The notes below the pieces were generated by a model, which saw only the letters and a program-made list of their open reading frames with translations, made no database searches and was not told where the DNA came from. A program made the position numbers and the translations under genes. Positions 50,660-60,717 of a DNA stretch of 64,000 nucleotides are shown in pieces; the stretch's first letter is position 1, and every line of letters begins with the position of its first letter. The stretch is from Candidatus Binatia bacterium (GTDB lineage: Bacteria; Desulfobacterota; Binatia; Bin18), in assembly GCA_963664395.2 (NCBI GenBank), contig OY761159.2, positions 2,464,001 through 2,528,000 of the forward strand, read 5' to 3'.

Positions 50660-51214
50660 ATGCCGGATGTGTCTGCTCTCACGCTGCTCTTGAGCCTGTG
50701 CTTTCTGGGCCTGAGTGCCGGCCTCATTTATCTCCTGGGCAAGGTTTTTCTGGGGGGATTCCGGGCTTCCTTTGGCGGCCTGTTTGAACGCGCGGCTTTT
50801 CGCCGCCAGAGTCTGCGCTGTCAGAGCGGAGATGAGTTGCTTGAACAAGGCGACCTCGCTGGGGCTGCCCAGGCGTTTGGGGGTGCATTTTTTCTCAAGC
50901 CCATTCGTCAAGATTCGTCATTGCTGACAGAAGTTGGGAAATACCATACCGGCTTACTCAATCGTCTGCTGACTGTTGCAGATGAAATGGACACCGGACG
51001 CCCCCGCCTGCCCTCCTTGGCTGACACGGACCGTTTACTTGCCTCGCGCCTTGAAATCCAGCTCGACTCCTTTCGGGAACGGAATGGAGAGGGCCGTCCG
51101 ATTCCTCCGATAGAGCCACGCCTTCAAGAGAACGAGCAGCAAATTCGGATTGCGGTTGACCACCTCCTGAGTGAGATTACCTCGTCCGGTCAAGAGCGAG
51201 TCGTGTATCATTAA
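50660..51214 (+). CDS. Hypothetical membrane-anchored protein
   Basis: N-terminal TM helix, helical body, first gene of a co-oriented run. Confidence 0.6.
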   Translation: MPDVSALTLLLSLCFLGLSAGLIYLLGKVFLGGFRASFGGLFERAAFRRQSLRCQSGDELLEQGDLAGAAQAFGGAFFLKPIRQDSSLLTEVGKYHTGLLNRLLTVADEMDTGRPRLPSLADTDRLLASRLEIQLDSFRERNGEGRPIPPIEPRLQENEQQIRIAVDHLLSEITSSGQERVVYH

Positions 51215-51262
51215 AAGCCGAATCGGGCTGAGTCTGACGAAGCTGGCGCTTTGGGAGGGATC

Positions 51263-52477
51263 ATGTTTGACATCGACGCTGTACGCGCGGATTTTCCAGG
51301 AACGACTCAACAGGTCTATCTGAATTCCGCTGGGATTGGTTTGCCACCGCGGTCTGCAACCCGGGCCGTCCAACACGCCGCGACCCTGCTCGGCCAGGGA
51401 CCGGCTGAGATGGGGTACACCGCCTATTATCAGGCTTTAGGGACATCGAGCGTTCAGGCCAGACGGGCAGCCGCTCGGCTGATACGGGCTCAGCCCACGG
51501 AAATCGCCTTTACCGACGATACGACCATGGGGCTGAATATCGCCCTGGCCGCCGTTCCCTTTACTCCGGGTGACAATATTGTGCTGTGCGACTTGGAGTA
51601 TCCGCAAGTGGCCATCAGCGCCGCCCACCCCCAAAAGCATCAGGCAGTTGAAGTCCGGGTGGCGCGTCATCGTGAGGGTAGTATTGGTGTTGATGATTAT
51701 GCAAGCTTGATGGATAAAAACACTCGCGCGATTGTCGTCAGCTCGGTGCAATGGATCAATGGCTTGCGCATGGATCTGGCCGCGTTTTCACAGTTGGCTG
51801 AAGAACGGAGTTGTTTTCTGGTGGTGGACGCCATTCAGCAGTTGGGTGCAATTCCGCTTGATGTCTCAAACCTCCGCGTCGACTTTCTGGCCGCGGGTGC
51901 ACAGAAATGGCTGAACGCGCCGTTTAACATTGGGCTCTTATACATCCGTTCAGGAGTCCAAGAGCAGGTCGAACCGGGATTGGCCCATGGTCTGTTCGCG
52001 CTTGCCGAGCCGCAAGAAGGATGGGTTCGCTATCTTGGCGACCCAGGGCTGACGCCCTTCCTGTCTCTTCCCTTCGCCGCCGACGCCCGCCGTTTTGAGG
52101 TCCATGGCATGCCAAAAAATCTTGGCACCGCAGGCCTGGCAGAGTCGCTGGCCTATGTGAATGAACTCGACACCGCAGCAGTGACCGAACATATTATGTC
52201 GCTGGGTGACTTCCTCATAGAAGAGCTGAAGCGCCGGGACATCAAAGTCTGGACCCAAGAGGCGCATGCGCTTCGGTCGGGCATTGTCACCTGTGAACCT
52301 TTTCCGGATGCAGAACGGGTCCACCAGCTTGATCGCGCTTTAGGAGCCCGGAAAATTTATCCGACCGTTCGGTATTGCTCCGGCGTCGGCGGGCTTCGGA
52401 TCTCGATTCATTACTATACGAGTCGGGAGGATCTCGAATCGCTGTTGGCTGGCCTAGATGAGCAGATGAGCAGATGA
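51263..52477 (+). CDS. Aminotransferase class V PLP-dependent enzyme
   Basis: YLNSAG, VVDAIQ, AGAQKWL, LRISIHYY. Confidence 0.88.
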   Translation: MFDIDAVRADFPGTTQQVYLNSAGIGLPPRSATRAVQHAATLLGQGPAEMGYTAYYQALGTSSVQARRAAARLIRAQPTEIAFTDDTTMGLNIALAAVPFTPGDNIVLCDLEYPQVAISAAHPQKHQAVEVRVARHREGSIGVDDYASLMDKNTRAIVVSSVQWINGLRMDLAAFSQLAEERSCFLVVDAIQQLGAIPLDVSNLRVDFLAAGAQKWLNAPFNIGLLYIRSGVQEQVEPGLAHGLFALAEPQEGWVRYLGDPGLTPFLSLPFAADARRFEVHGMPKNLGTAGLAESLAYVNELDTAAVTEHIMSLGDFLIEELKRRDIKVWTQEAHALRSGIVTCEPFPDAERVHQLDRALGARKIYPTVRYCSGVGGLRISIHYYTSREDLESLLAGLDEQMSR

Positions 52478-53178
52478 AGAAGGCCGTATTCTTCGATGCC
52501 GCGGGTACGCTGTTCCGGGTGCATGGCTCGGTGGGTGAGGGGTACGCCCGTCTGGCCCACGAGTATGGCAAAGACGTCACCGTACAAGAGCTTGAAGCCG
52601 GCTTTCGGCGCTGCTTTGCCACCGCTCCACCCATGGCCTTTCCCGGTGTGGCAGTCGAACATATTCCACCCCTTGAGAAAGCGTGGTGGCACGAGGTAGT
52701 CCAACAGGTCTTTGCCCCGCTCGGTCCATTTCCTCGCTTTGAAGCGTATTTCAACGCCCTGTATGATTTCTTTGCTGAACCGCGGGCGTGGCAGGTATAC
52801 CCGGAAACTCGACCCACGTTGACGGCATTGCACGGGCGTAGTTATCAGCTCGGCGTGATTTCAAATTTTGACTCTCGTTTGTTCGGCTTGCTCGACGGAC
52901 TGGACATCGGCCACTTCTTCGACCCTATAGTCGCCTCGACTCACGCGGGAGCGGCCAAGCCTGAGCCCTCTATCTTTCAGCACGCGCTCTCTGCCCACGG
53001 TCTGAAACCTCAAGAAGCCCTGCATATTGGTGACAGCTATGACATGGATGTTGTTGGGGCGCGGAATGCCGGCTTGACACCTGTGCTGATTAATCGTTCT
53101 GATCGTACGCAGAGCCCGAAAGACTGCCTCGTCGTCAGTCGTTTGGACGGGCTGCTCAAGGTGCTTGAGTCCCTATAG
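52474..53178 (+). CDS. HAD-IA family hydrolase
   Basis: FFDAAGTL, ISNFD, KPEPSIF, HIGDSYDMD. Confidence 0.9.
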   Translation: MKKAVFFDAAGTLFRVHGSVGEGYARLAHEYGKDVTVQELEAGFRRCFATAPPMAFPGVAVEHIPPLEKAWWHEVVQQVFAPLGPFPRFEAYFNALYDFFAEPRAWQVYPETRPTLTALHGRSYQLGVISNFDSRLFGLLDGLDIGHFFDPIVASTHAGAAKPEPSIFQHALSAHGLKPQEALHIGDSYDMDVVGARNAGLTPVLINRSDRTQSPKDCLVVSRLDGLLKVLESL

Positions 53179-53219
53179 GGACAGCCTACTGCCCCCGAGC
53201 GTATCAGCGTCCTTGGCGT

Positions 53220-54431
53220 TTACACCGCCGCCTTGTCTCGCAAGCGGGCGATATCTTCCCACGAATAGCCGGCTTCAAGCAAAATCTCTTCGCTATGCTG
53301 GCCGAGTTCAGGCGGAGGGTTAGAGGTATCCAACGGCGTCTCACTCAGCGTAATGGGCGTGCCGGCGACGCGGACCGTCCCAATCTGAGGATGCTCCATC
53401 TCGGTAATATAGCCGTTTGCCAAGGCTTGCTCGCTGTTTAGAATGTCCTGATAATCCTGGACCGGGGTGGCGAGAATATCGACACCGGTCAAAATCTCCA
53501 TCCATTCGTCAGTCGTTTTGGTGGGAAAGACTGCATCCAAGAGCTGCTCGATTTTGATACCGTGAAAATTACGAATCACGTTGTCACTGTATTCGGGCTC
53601 AGACAGCACGTGCTCAATCCCCATCGCTCGGCAGAAGTCCGGCCAGCGTTTGTCGTCAACCCCAGCCAAACACAGCCAGCCGTCTTTGGTCGGAAACGAC
53701 CCCCACACGCCTTGCAGAAATTGATGTCCCCGACCGGCCTTGCGCGTCTCAACGCCACTGACTGAGGTGAAGTTAATTTCCATCGGCTGCAGAGCGATGA
53801 CGGTGCCATAGATGCAGGCATCGACTTTTTGGCCTGTGCCGGTTTTCTCGCGGGCATACAACGCGGCCAGAATGCCGCTCATCAGCATAAACGCCCCAGA
53901 GTGATCGGCGACCAGGGCTCCGCAGGGGAGCGGGCGATCGTCCGGCATCCCGTTTTTTGCCATGATACCGCCCGCGGCTTGGGCGAGCGTGTCCCGGCTC
54001 GGTCGTGTCACCCACGGCCCTTGGGGCCCCCATGACGACCCCAGGGCATAGATGAGACGTGGATTGCGTTTTGACAAGGCTTCATAGCCAAAGCCGAGTC
54101 GGTCCAGGACTCCGGGCCGATAGTTACTCAGCAGGACATCGGCGGAGTCAAGCAGACGAGCCAGAATCTCTTTCGCTTCCGGCGTTTTCAAATCAAGCGT
54201 GAGGCTGCGTTTGCCTCGGTTCATTGCCAGGAAGTAGGGGCTGAAATTCGCATTGTGCGCTTCCGCTCCAGCGACAAGCTGGACAACCAGAAAACGACTC
54301 AAATCCCCCACATCCCGCATTTCAATTTTAATGACGTCCGCGCCCATGTCAGCCAAAAACAAACCGGCGTATGGCCCCTGGATTTCCTGGGCGATCTCAA
54401 TCACGCTGACTCCGTCGAGTGGTCCGGGCAT
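53220..54431 (-). CDS. CoA-transferase family III (CaiB/BaiF)
   Basis: LADMGADVIKIE, NRGKRSLTLDLK, NYRPGVLDRLG, PELGQHSEEIL. Confidence 0.92.
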   Translation of the reverse strand: MPGPLDGVSVIEIAQEIQGPYAGLFLADMGADVIKIEMRDVGDLSRFLVVQLVAGAEAHNANFSPYFLAMNRGKRSLTLDLKTPEAKEILARLLDSADVLLSNYRPGVLDRLGFGYEALSKRNPRLIYALGSSWGPQGPWVTRPSRDTLAQAAGGIMAKNGMPDDRPLPCGALVADHSGAFMLMSGILAALYAREKTGTGQKVDACIYGTVIALQPMEINFTSVSGVETRKAGRGHQFLQGVWGSFPTKDGWLCLAGVDDKRWPDFCRAMGIEHVLSEPEYSDNVIRNFHGIKIEQLLDAVFPTKTTDEWMEILTGVDILATPVQDYQDILNSEQALANGYITEMEHPQIGTVRVAGTPITLSETPLDTSNPPPELGQHSEEILLEAGYSWEDIARLRDKAAV

Positions 54432-54572
54432 AGAGTCCTCCCTTTTTCTTGTCGTGCCGAATTGAGCCGCTTGTACGGCAGGCTCTCACCAGCGTCAAGC
54501 CGCCTCTACAAGCGCTGAGCCTGCTCAGCTATAACAACGGCATATTCCATATCCAAAAAAGGAGGGCCGCTG

Positions 54573-55511
54573 ATGCCTGGACGCGAAGCCATACCAAAAG
54601 TCTCAAACTGGGGTCGGTGGGGAACAGACGATGAAAAGGGGACGGCCAATTTCATTACGCCGGAGGTGATTGTCGCCGCGGCCAGACTGGTCCGCAAGGG
54701 GCAGGTCTTCTGCTGTTGCATTCCGATTGACCAGAACGGTCCGGTCTTTCCCACCCGTACGCCACCCCAGCGATTCATGTCGATTCTCAACGTGCCGGTC
54801 AAAGAAATCGGCCTGGCCGGCTCGGCGATTGCCAACGACGACTACATCACCATGTACCTGCAAGGCTCGACCCAATGGGACAGCCTGGCCCACGTGGGCT
54901 ACGACGGCAAGTATTACAACGACGTGCCGGCCAGCGCCATTACGGCCCACGGCGGGGCGTCCAAGAACGACATTGGCAAGCTGTACCAGTCGTTTGTCAC
55001 CCGAGGGGTGTTGCTCGACATGGTGGGCTACAAAGGCTGCGAAGCTGACGGGCATCTCCCGTCTGACTATCCGATTACCATCGAAGACCTGGACGGCTGC
55101 TGCCAGGCCCAGAATGTCGAAGTCAGAAGTGGGGACGCGCTGTGCGTGCGCACCGGCTGGGTGCCGTATTGGTATACGCTCCAAACACCGGAACAGAAGG
55201 CAGCATACTTCCACGCCCAGCCAGGGGTTTCGGTCTCAACCGCCGAATGGATACATCAGAAAGAAGTCGCCTGCATTGCCGTGGATAATATTGCCGTCGA
55301 ACGCCTGCCGTCCGAGGTGGATGACGAATTCATTCCCTTTCATCAGGTCGCCACCCGAGACCTCGGTCTCTCGCTGGGTGAAATTTTTACGTTTGAAGCC
55401 CTGGCCAAAGACTGCGCCGACGACGGCGTATACGAATTCCTGTGGGTCGCCCCGCCGCTCAACATCCCCAATGCGGTCGGCAGCCCGCTGAACCCGTTGG
55501 CGGTGAAGTAA
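54573..55511 (+). CDS. Cyclase family (kynurenine formamidase-like) protein
   Basis: NWGRWGTDDEKGTAN, QGSTQWDSLAH, RGVLLD, VRTGW, GSPLNPLAVK. Confidence 0.9.
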   Translation: MPGREAIPKVSNWGRWGTDDEKGTANFITPEVIVAAARLVRKGQVFCCCIPIDQNGPVFPTRTPPQRFMSILNVPVKEIGLAGSAIANDDYITMYLQGSTQWDSLAHVGYDGKYYNDVPASAITAHGGASKNDIGKLYQSFVTRGVLLDMVGYKGCEADGHLPSDYPITIEDLDGCCQAQNVEVRSGDALCVRTGWVPYWYTLQTPEQKAAYFHAQPGVSVSTAEWIHQKEVACIAVDNIAVERLPSEVDDEFIPFHQVATRDLGLSLGEIFTFEALAKDCADDGVYEFLWVAPPLNIPNAVGSPLNPLAVK

Positions 55512-55561
55512 CTAACACACAGGCGGGCGTGACGCCCGCCCGGAGACCCGCCGAGGCGTCG

Positions 55562-56362
55562 TTACCAGGACAAAGCTTCGGGAACGTCCGAAAACAAACC
55601 TCGCAGTTCATCGACGAGAGAACTCTGGCGCTGCATCTCACGCCATACCGTCGGATGGGCACTGGTCGTAATTGCGTCGGACAGTCTCATGAGGTCAGTT
55701 TCAGTCGCCCCATCGTCCCGGCGTTGGCGATACTCGGCGAGCCGGGCTCGATATGCGCCATAGGCTTCGTGCCGTGCCGCCAGCAACACGTCGCGATTGA
55801 GCTTCAGGGCGTCGATCGTGTAGCAGGCTCGCTGCTCGTCGATTCCGGACAAGTCCATACGAGGCAGAAAAACGAAAGTCCCCATAATGTCGAGGTCGAA
55901 GAATTCCAGCGGGTCCTCGTCACGCGGGTTGATCAAAGCCGGGGCGCCCGCTCTCGGCTTTCGGATCGGATGCCCGCGCCGACGGGTCACATTCACCAGG
56001 CGGCCGCTACTTATCACCGAGAAACGATTGAGCTTGCCGCCGTTACACCGTCCGCAGGCGAGCAGATAATTCTCCCATACAAAGACTCGCTCGGGGTAAA
56101 GATCTTTGGGTTTTATGTGCTCAACCTCGTCGCCAACCGAATCCTCGCAATAGCCACACCGCCGGGCGCCGGCGCACATGTCCGCGAGGCGCGTGCGAAC
56201 GGTTTTGAACACCCGATTTGTCCTACGGTTATAACGCTCGAAAAAACGCTTGCCAGCCGCCACTTGCTCGGGATAGGCGCCGGCGTGATCCACTTCGTAC
56301 TGATAGCCTCTCAAGCCCCGTGCCGTTGTCGCATCAAGGCCGGGATCGTCCAGATGCAACAT
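55562..56362 (-). CDS. HNH endonuclease (Septu PtuB-like)
   Basis: RCGYCED...VEHIKPK..YP...F.WENYLLACGRCN..K, LINP..EDP; directly downstream of an ABC-type ATPase. Confidence 0.8.
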   Translation of the reverse strand: MLHLDDPGLDATTARGLRGYQYEVDHAGAYPEQVAAGKRFFERYNRRTNRVFKTVRTRLADMCAGARRCGYCEDSVGDEVEHIKPKDLYPERVFVWENYLLACGRCNGGKLNRFSVISSGRLVNVTRRRGHPIRKPRAGAPALINPRDEDPLEFFDLDIMGTFVFLPRMDLSGIDEQRACYTIDALKLNRDVLLAARHEAYGAYRARLAEYRQRRDDGATETDLMRLSDAITTSAHPTVWREMQRQSSLVDELRGLFSDVPEALSW

Positions 56363-56369
56363 TACACGC

Positions 56370-57668
56370 TCAATCAGCGGCCATATTGTTCGGGGTGCTC
56401 GGCATCGTTTCCCGTAGCTGCTCTAACTCGCGCTGTTCGCTGGATGACAGTGTCTGTCTCAGGCGCTTACGATTGAGCTGCGCAAGCTGCGTGAGCTTGG
56501 CCTTCGATTGTTCGGACCGAGTGACTTCTTCGCCGAACAGTTCCGTGCCGTAGGCGTCGAGTATATTGCCGTCGAGCAGACGGTTCAGATCAGGTCCAAT
56601 GACGCGCCGGGGTTGCTCCTCGGAGCCGGGTGCCGGCAGGAGCCAAACACTGCCACGGCGCGCGGCGCGACAGATGATCGGGCTGTGTGTGGTCACCAGG
56701 AATTGCATATTAGGAAAGCGATTGACGAACCAGTCACCGATGAGTTGCTGCCAGCCGGGATGCAGGTGAGCATCGATTTCGTCGATCGCTACTACACCGG
56801 GAAGTGTAATCGCTCCGGCCTTCATGTCGATTCCGCGCAGGGCCGTTTCAGTACCAAAAGCAGAGAATAGTAAACGCATCACCTCGAACGTCAAACTGAG
56901 AATCGAGCGGTAGCCGTCGCTCATCTCCTGAACGGCAACTTGGGAGCCAAAGCCGTCGACAATCTGTACCTGCTCCGATGTTACGCCGGAGATGCGGGCG
57001 CCGTGCGGCAACAGCTTGGCGCCATTGATGAAGTCTATCACTGCCCTCTGTATCTTCTTCGATTCAGCATCGCTTTCGAGCCTTTTGATCTGGAGGTCTC
57101 TCAACCAGCGGAGGCTCTCGCCTAGCGCTACATTCTCTCCGAACGCCGAGAGGTGAGGAGCCAGTCGAGGATGGGTAACGTAGAGGCGGTCCATCTCCGG
57201 GTCAGCGCCAGAGAAGCGGCGAAACGGCCCGAACGAACCGGAGAACCAGCCAACACCCTTCCCCCAAACGGTTCTCTCGGCGTACCGATAGGGGAAGAAC
57301 TCAATCGAAGCGTGACCTCCATTCCGTTTGCCACCGCCTGAGCTGGCATTGATTTGTGCCTTGGCATGAATTATGCCCTCGCCTCGCCTCCCCCGGCCCG
57401 CCCACCTGTCCTCGTCATGGGCACGCAGCCAGACATTAATCGACCCGAATTTCTTACCGTCCGTAAGCCAGCGAGACCAGTCCTCACGAGTGGCGTGTGC
57501 GTTCGACTGGCCCATGAGCGCCAGCGCGAGGGCGCGTACCACCGTCGATTTGCCGGCGCCGTTGTCACCCAGAATGACATGCCAGCCGGGCAATTCCCTT
57601 GGCCGTAGACGGAGATCGAATTCTCGTATCGAGCGAACGTTCCTAAGAATCAGCCGTTGAACGTGCAT
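56370..57668 (-). CDS. ABC/AAA_21 ATPase (Septu PtuA-like)
   Basis: Walker A GDNGAGKS, signature MSDGYRS, Walker B IDEIDAHLHP.WQ, H-loop TTHSP. Confidence 0.85.
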   Translation of the reverse strand: MHVQRLILRNVRSIREFDLRLRPRELPGWHVILGDNGAGKSTVVRALALALMGQSNAHATREDWSRWLTDGKKFGSINVWLRAHDEDRWAGRGRRGEGIIHAKAQINASSGGGKRNGGHASIEFFPYRYAERTVWGKGVGWFSGSFGPFRRFSGADPEMDRLYVTHPRLAPHLSAFGENVALGESLRWLRDLQIKRLESDAESKKIQRAVIDFINGAKLLPHGARISGVTSEQVQIVDGFGSQVAVQEMSDGYRSILSLTFEVMRLLFSAFGTETALRGIDMKAGAITLPGVVAIDEIDAHLHPGWQQLIGDWFVNRFPNMQFLVTTHSPIICRAARRGSVWLLPAPGSEEQPRRVIGPDLNRLLDGNILDAYGTELFGEEVTRSEQSKAKLTQLAQLNRKRLRQTLSSSEQRELEQLRETMPSTPNNMAAD

Positions 57669-57764
57669 GGGACCTTCTCGCAGATCGTATCCGAGGCATC
57701 CTGGCACGCAGGCGGGAGAGGGTCAACCTTTTCAACTTGATGCTATGCGACCAAGCGCAACGAT

Positions 57765-57837
57765 GAGTTTCTGTGGGTCGCCCCGCCGCTCAATATCCCC
57801 AATGCGGTCTGAATCCATTAGCGGTGAAGTGAAGTAA
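57765..57837 (+). repeat. Diverged copy of the cyclase gene 3' end (55434-55511)
   Basis: EFLWVAPPLNIPNAV...NPLAVK with synonymous substitutions and a 10-bp deletion. Confidence 0.88.
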
Positions 57838-58165
57838 CGTGATCAGACCCTATATCGGCACCTTTGAGTTTGACTCCGAAAGAACGGAACAGTCATCAAC
57901 ACAAATGACGTGATTACGTTCTACGGTGTCTCCCCTCCGAAAGGAAAGAGAGATCGAATATCTGCCTTCTACCTCCGTGCTCGGGAAAGCTGGCGTTCCA
58001 GACAAGTCCTGAACTTCATCGGCGGCTTGCTTTGGAAGCGGCCCGCCGTCAGGTGATCATCGATACCTATATCCAGGAAATATTGGAGCCAGCGGGGCAT
58101 AGTGGACGACGTGAGAGGAGTGAGAGGAAAATGCAACCCGAGAGACGGAGATGAGGTAAAGCCTA

Positions 58166-58660
58166 TTACCCAGTCTGATACCATCGACTTTTGTACGCCG
58201 CCTGCTTCTCCAACATGTTAATTCCAACCATCCATTCTAAATCTCTTCCGATGACGAGCTCAGTCATTGCCGCGTGGTGTGTATTTTTCATGGATATGGG
58301 CGCCATGAAACCATGCTTTCTCGCAAGCGCTCTGACTTCTTCCGCGGTCATACGTCATGATGAAGTCGCCTTTGATTTTTTCACAAGCCGCAAAAAGAGC
58401 CTCGTGGTCTACTTCAAAGTACGTATACAGACGGCTCTCTTACCACCAGCGGTATACGGCGGATCAATAAAAAACACGACCTCTTCATCATCTTTATATT
58501 TTTCCAATGTGCGACGTCTCCATGCTCGAAATACAATTTATCCGCATCAGGTGAATTGCTCGCAACAAGAGTGGCGTACCAGCCGCCTTTGCCCGATTCT
58601 CCTGCTTCAGAAAGTCCCGCGGCCAAAATTCCACCGTGGAACGTCCGATTTTTTATGATC
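58166..58660 (-). pseudogene. Dam-family DNA adenine methyltransferase remnant with multiple frameshifts
   Basis: Fragments in different frames: NRTFHGGILAAG, VVFFIDPPYTAGGK (DPPY catalytic motif), EVRALARKHGF, MKNTHHAAMTELVIGRDL. Confidence 0.75.
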
Positions 58661-58750
58661 GTTTGAAACGCTTTTTCTTTTGTCAGTCTTCTATCTGCAT
58701 TGCGTTGACAGCGTTTTCCTTCGACATCTCAAAGCGTAATATTCTTGAGG

Positions 58751-59106
58751 CGCAGCCGTGCGATAGCGTTCTTCCAACGGCTGCGATGGGTGGTAAACAG
58801 ACCGTCTTGCCATGGACCGCCCGGACAGTGGGTTGACAGATAAAGAAGTGGGGCCGTCTGAGGCGAGGCGTTCCATCTTGGGAATGCGCTCGGACGCGAA
58901 GCTTCGAGCTTCTCTTCAGAGCCGACGCCAGAAGCCCATCGGGGTCGCCGCTCATCTGGGCACCGGATCTCCGGTCCGAATCTCAATGGCGTATTCGCGC
59001 ATGCGGGAGATGGCCATTTGGATAATCGTCGCCGCCAATGGCGCAAGAATACAGGCCATCAGAATGAGACCCAGCAAATCCTACCGCCGCCTTCATTCGT
59101 CATCAT
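58751..59106 (-). pseudogene. Degenerate tandem copy of the htpX 3' region
   Basis: Colinear with 59185-59501 but carries many small indels. Confidence 0.8.
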
Positions 59107-59582
59107 TTCGTTGGTACATCCGTCCGGAAGTCCTTGAATGATCTTATACAAATCGAAACCGTTACGATTCGTCCGGACATCGCCCGCAGCCGTGCGATAC
59201 GTTCTTCCAACGGTGGATGGGTGGTAAACAGACCGGCCATGGAGCGCCCGGACAGTGGGTTGACGATAAAGAAGTGGGCCGTCTGAGGCGAGGCGTCCAT
59301 GGGAATGCGCTCGGACGCGAAGCCGAGCTTCTCCAGAGCTGAAGCCAGGCCCTCGGGGTCGCCGCTCATCCGGGCACCGGCCCGGTCTGCGGCGTATTCG
59401 CGCGTGCGAGAGATCGCCATTTGGATAATCGTCGCCGCCAATGGCGCAAGAATGGCCATCAGAATGAGACCCAGCATGCCACCACCGCCTTCATCGTCAT
59501 CACTCCGGCTGAACCCGCCAAAAATGGCAGCCCACTGCGCCATGTTGGCAATCATCATGATGACCCCAGCCGAGGTGAGCAC
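59103..59582 (-). pseudogene. htpX: Zinc metalloprotease HtpX, 5'-truncated
   Basis: [30 protein letters not shown] present; N-terminal half with HExxH absent. Confidence 0.8.
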
Positions 59583-59652
59583 TCGTTGGTCGTAAAATCG
59601 GCTCTGAGTATACGCTAAGTCTGCCCGGAGATGATGTCAATGTTCAGCGGTG

Positions 59653-60573
59653 CTACCCCACGAAGTGACTGATTAAGAGGCCAACAATCAGCAGGGCGCC
59701 GTATTCGAGGTGCAGCTTTGCCGTCTGCTCGTCTATACCGAGCAACTCGTCTTCGTGAAATACGCGTCGCACCGCCGGAATCGCCAGTCGAATGGACAGA
59801 AACGTCAGCAGAATCGACCACGGCGCATAGCCGGAAAAGACGAGGAGCCCAGTCAGGATGAACGCGCCATAGATCAGAGCCGCGAATTCCCAATTGGCCG
59901 CTCGCCGCCCAACCAGCGTCGCCAGCGTATTTTTGCCGTGGGAGGTGTCGGCCTCAATGTCGCGGATATTGTTGGCCTGTAAAATGGCGGCAACCAGACA
60001 GCCGACCGGCAGCGAGATCAGCACCGGAGCCAAGGCAAACACCTCACGCTGGACATAATAGGCACCAATAATAATCACCGTTCCCATGAAGACAAACACG
60101 GTGGCTTCGCCCAGCGCAATATAGGCGAGTGAGAGCGGCCTGGCAGTATAAAAATACCCGGCCAGCACGCTGGCGACACCCAGGGCGAGAATGGGCCAGC
60201 CACACAGCCCGACCAGTACCAGACCAAAGACGCTGCCAATGACAAAGGCGATAATCCCGCCCCAATACATTTCAGTGGGCGAGAGCAATTGGCGCGGCAG
60301 GACCTGACTGCCACTCTGGGATGCCAGCGTGTCCACGCCGCTTTGATGGTCGTAATAGTCGTTGACCATATTGGTCCCAATATGAATGAAGAGCGCGCCA
60401 CACAGCGCTATAAAAAAACGTCCCCAGGAAAAGGGTCCGTCCAGCGCGCCTAAGACCGACCCGATCACCACCGGCGTCACGGAAGCGGTGAACGAAAAGG
60501 GGCGAGAGGCTTCGATCCAGACTTTGAGGCGGCTGGGGGCCGGACCGCTCGGCAGGGCGTGCTCCATAGTCAT
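59653..60573 (-). CDS. menA: 1,4-dihydroxy-2-naphthoate prenyltransferase
   Basis: RPFSFTAS, NMVNDYYD...GVD, ANNIRDIEAD..GKNTLA; multiple TM helices. Confidence 0.9.
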   Translation of the reverse strand: MTMEHALPSGPAPSRLKVWIEASRPFSFTASVTPVVIGSVLGALDGPFSWGRFFIALCGALFIHIGTNMVNDYYDHQSGVDTLASQSGSQVLPRQLLSPTEMYWGGIIAFVIGSVFGLVLVGLCGWPILALGVASVLAGYFYTARPLSLAYIALGEATVFVFMGTVIIIGAYYVQREVFALAPVLISLPVGCLVAAILQANNIRDIEADTSHGKNTLATLVGRRAANWEFAALIYGAFILTGLLVFSGYAPWSILLTFLSIRLAIPAVRRVFHEDELLGIDEQTAKLHLEYGALLIVGLLISHFVG

Positions 60574-60717
60574 GTAGGTCTCCTTTCGCCCGCATTATGG
60601 CCCAGCCCCAGGGAAACAGTAAAGGGGAAAAAAGTGGCGCGAGTGTGGCCTCTCTTGCCTTTAACGGCCCAAACACGCTACACCCTCTCCGAGTGCGGCA
60701 GGCGTACAGGAGGAGCC

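Noticed and set aside
50540-50911. N-terminal extension of the rhomboid ORF
   Set aside because: Overlaps the divergent gene; the family-typical start is MIPLRD at 50539.
51263-52477. Second PT sulfur donor
   Set aside because: Lacks the SGSAC-type catalytic loop and lies in a housekeeping context far from the island.
55562-57760. Retron (Ec78-like) system
   Set aside because: No reverse transcriptase and no evident msr/msd inverted repeats nearby.
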